The notes under the pieces were generated by a model. It was not told the DNA's origin and made no database searches. It saw nothing but the letters and a program-made list of their open reading frames with translations. From an uncultured virus (IMG/VR IMGVR_UViG_3300018414_000001) (taxonomy: Duplodnaviria > Heunggongvirae > Uroviricota > Caudoviricetes), in IMG/VR virus record IMGVR_UViG_3300018414_000001: DNA of 64,000 bases; one strand, written 5' to 3'. This document shows positions 61,543-64,000 of this stretch, piece by piece; positions within the stretch are counted from its first letter, which is position 1; the number at the start of each line of letters is the position of its first letter. A program made the translations under genes and the position numbers.

Positions 61543-62082
61543 TCAGAAATCCGCGCAATTCACGACGATGTTGATAAGATCAGAGGAGGTCAGAGTCGTC
61601 CCAAAGGTCGCCTGAATGGTATCGCCACTGACCAGCGTGATGAACGGATTACCATCGCTGTCCAGTGGAAGTCCTGGCCAGACTGTTCCTGTCATCAGGT
61701 TCTGCGCCGCCGTGCCGGAGACAAAGCCCGCGCTGCTGACGGAGGTCAATGCCGTTCCGCCATACTTCACGGCGCTGTTAACGATCTGGACTGTCACAAG
61801 ATGCGTCGCGCTGGCATCGTTGTTCGTCATCCACATCGCGTTGCACTTCGATCCGTTCGACCCCGCCGTGTAGAGCGTTTTGTAGGTCCCGGCGCTATCC
61901 GTTCCTTGAAGGAACTGCACGATGCCGCGGTTCGGCGTCTGGGCCGTGACAACGCTGTTCGGTGTCGTGGCGCCAAAAGCCGGTGTCCAAAAAGAAACCC
62001 ACGTAACGGCGACAAAAAACAGAATACTCAAGCCAATTACATACGCATTATTCTTTAGTGCCTTACGGAACTTTTTCATCAT
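61543..62082 (-). CDS. Tail-associated small beta protein with N-terminal hydrophobic segment
   Basis: GGAGG RBS before MMKKFRK at 62082; lies between two fibre-like genes. Confidence 0.6.
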   Translation of the reverse strand: MMKKFRKALKNNAYVIGLSILFFVAVTWVSFWTPAFGATTPNSVVTAQTPNRGIVQFLQGTDSAGTYKTLYTAGSNGSKCNAMWMTNNDASATHLVTVQIVNSAVKYGGTALTSVSSAGFVSGTAAQNLMTGTVWPGLPLDSDGNPFITLVSGDTIQATFGTTLTSSDLINIVVNCADF

Positions 62083-63998
62083 AGTCCTCCAAAGGATGCC
62101 ATCGCCACGGAGGCGGTCATGGCTTTTACAAACGGGGGCATGTCCGCGACCACTGCGGCGCGGAAAGTCGGTGCGGCGGCCGAGCCAGAGGCCGGGCCAT
62201 AAAAGCCGGTATTGGCGTTCTGATTGGCCAGCGATCCGGTCAACGTGCCGGAAGTGGTGATCGGCGTCCCGGACCAAGTGAGTAGGCTGCTTGGGCCGGT
62301 GATTGCGACGCTGCTGACACCGCCGGTTGGCGTCGCCCACGTCCCATCTCCCCGCCAGAACGTGCTGGACGAAGCCGACGTGCCGGAGTTGAGGTTGTTT
62401 ACGGAGAGGTTCCCCGATACGTCCGTCGCCAGCGCCACCGCCCCAAATGTCGGCGCTCCAGCAGCGTTGCCATGCAATACGGTCGAGGTCGTTCCGAGCG
62501 ATCCGAGAACCGTTGGCGTCGCACCAGCGCCGCCGCCAAGCACCAGAGCGTTGGCTGTCAGCAAGCCCGATGAAGCCAGCGTTCCGCTCGCCGTGTAGCC
62601 AAGGATACCGCCGCTGGTGCCGCTCGCGAGGTTCGTGCCGCCCGATGCCACGGGGACCAGTGTGATCCCCTGTATCGTCGTCGCCCCGGTCCACTGAGCG
62701 ATCTGCCCGTTCGTCGGAGTTCCGACGTTGGATACGTTGCCGCCCCCCGTGGGCGATTGCCACGTCGCCGTCGTGCCGCTGGTCGCGGTCAAAATCTGGC
62801 CGTTGGTTGGAGCCGTCGCCGCGCTAACCGAAACCGTCGTGGTGGCCGAGGTCAATCCATTCGCGGTGGTCGCCGTGCCCGCCGTCAGGCCCGAAGCCGT
62901 CCCGGTCAGGTTGGTCGCGACACCGCTGGCGGGGGTGCCGAGGATTGGCGCGACAAAGGTTTGCTGGCCAGACCATGTGTTCGCGTGACCAAGGGCGATA
63001 GAGGCAACCACGGCGCCCGTGGTGGGGGAGATCGTCAGGGTGCCGTCGCTGTTGGATACCGAACTGACGGCACCCCCACCACCCGCGAAACAATCCGCGC
63101 TCGCCGTCGAGAGAATGAAATTCCCCGAGGCATCCACGCAAACCGCGTTGGTCAGGGTGCCGGAGGTAAGGAGGCCGTTGGCGATGACGTGACCATTGAG
63201 ATTAATGGTCGCCGTTCCGGATGGCGTCAACGTAACTTCCACATTGCCAGCGGACTTTTCCGTCCCGGTGACGCTAGCCGTGCCGGTACCGTCATTCCAG
63301 CCAATGCCAGCACCAGGCACGCTCGTAACGCATAATCCATCATCGAATTTCGAGTTCGAGGCACATGCATATCCGTGCTTAAACTCACCCTGGGCCTGTG
63401 CCGGGGCGTAGGGGACGAGCGTGGCGAAACTCATCCACTGATTCGTGCCGCCGCCCGATCCGCTCGCGCTCGCGGTACCTGTACCGGTGATCGTGAAGTT
63501 GGTCGAGGTCACGTTGGCGATCGTATAGTTACCACCCCCGAACGTCACGCCGTTGATGGTGTATATCGAGGGAATGTAGACGGTGTTGCCGTTGACCTGA
63601 GATACACCAGCAGTATTGTTGGCGATGGTGACCGTGCTGGTACCGTTCGCCGTCGTGAATGGATTGATGCTTAGAAACTCGATCGCGCCCATGAAATCGT
63701 AGCCAACGCCTCCATGACCGCTCGGATCATTAGCTGCACCGACCAGGGAATCCGCTTGGTTCGAGTTGCAATCGTAGATGCCGACCAAGCCAAACGCTGA
63801 AAAGCATGAGTAGATCGTGTTCCAGTTGTGACCCGAACCACCACCGGGAACGAAGCCAGTGACGGTACCCCCTTGAGCGCCATACCACATACCGATCGTC
63901 GGGCGCGGCGCAGCATAGAGATTTGGAAAATATCCTTCATCGGAACCCCGATTGATGTAATCTTGCTCGTGTCCCGTCGCGCCGAAGTAGTGCGTTTT
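62079..63998 (-). CDS. Tail-fibre-like protein, 5' truncated by the window edge
   Basis: Frame is open to the window end. [28 protein letters not shown] and PTFRA motifs. Confidence 0.7.
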   Translation of the reverse strand, partial: KTHYFGATGHEQDYINRGSDEGYFPNLYAAPRPTIGMWYGAQGGTVTGFVPGGGSGHNWNTIYSCFSAFGLVGIYDCNSNQADSLVGAANDPSGHGGVGYDFMGAIEFLSINPFTTANGTSTVTIANNTAGVSQVNGNTVYIPSIYTINGVTFGGGNYTIANVTSTNFTITGTGTASASGSGGGTNQWMSFATLVPYAPAQAQGEFKHGYACASNSKFDDGLCVTSVPGAGIGWNDGTGTASVTGTEKSAGNVEVTLTPSGTATINLNGHVIANGLLTSGTLTNAVCVDASGNFILSTASADCFAGGGGAVSSVSNSDGTLTISPTTGAVVASIALGHANTWSGQQTFVAPILGTPASGVATNLTGTASGLTAGTATTANGLTSATTTVSVSAATAPTNGQILTATSGTTATWQSPTGGGNVSNVGTPTNGQIAQWTGATTIQGITLVPVASGGTNLASGTSGGILGYTASGTLASSGLLTANALVLGGGAGATPTVLGSLGTTSTVLHGNAAGAPTFGAVALATDVSGNLSVNNLNSGTSASSSTFWRGDGTWATPTGGVSSVAITGPSSLLTWSGTPITTSGTLTGSLANQNANTGFYGPASGSAAAPTFRAAVVADMPPFVKAMTASVAMASFGGL

Positions 63999-64000
63999 TG

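Overview
GC-rich, gene-dense bacteriophage or prophage DNA. The host is probably an alphaproteobacterium, inferred from GapR/DUF2312 and GcrA-like genes. The window covers the non-structural part of the genome. It runs from the terminase genes (left edge, minus strand, large subunit truncated) through two divergent early blocks of small genes, recombination (YqaJ exonuclease, ERF), replication (initiators, primase-helicase), two DNA methyltransferases, RusA, anti-defence and lysis genes, to tail-fibre-like genes (right edge, truncated). No integrase, capsid or portal gene was recognised. The standout locus is 26.2-27.7 kb: a RAMP/Cas7-like gene followed by a non-coding array of 11 units of (GGN/CGN + NN) pentamers separated by CGCA and closed by a hairpin, resembling a VIPR-type RNA-guided system. 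When the NN dinucleotides are read as codon positions 1-2 with the third base skipped, 8 units spell recognisable IS1- and IS1595-family transposase motifs on both strands and 2 more do so tentatively. The phage also carries an IS1595-derived gene lacking the DDE core, whose promoter shares a palindromic operator with the RAMP gene. Other notable items are an HNH nuclease overprinted inside a methyltransferase ORF, a PEP-CTERM miniprotein, an Acb2-like protein and several leaderless regulators. All family assignments come from motif recognition by eye; no searches were run.
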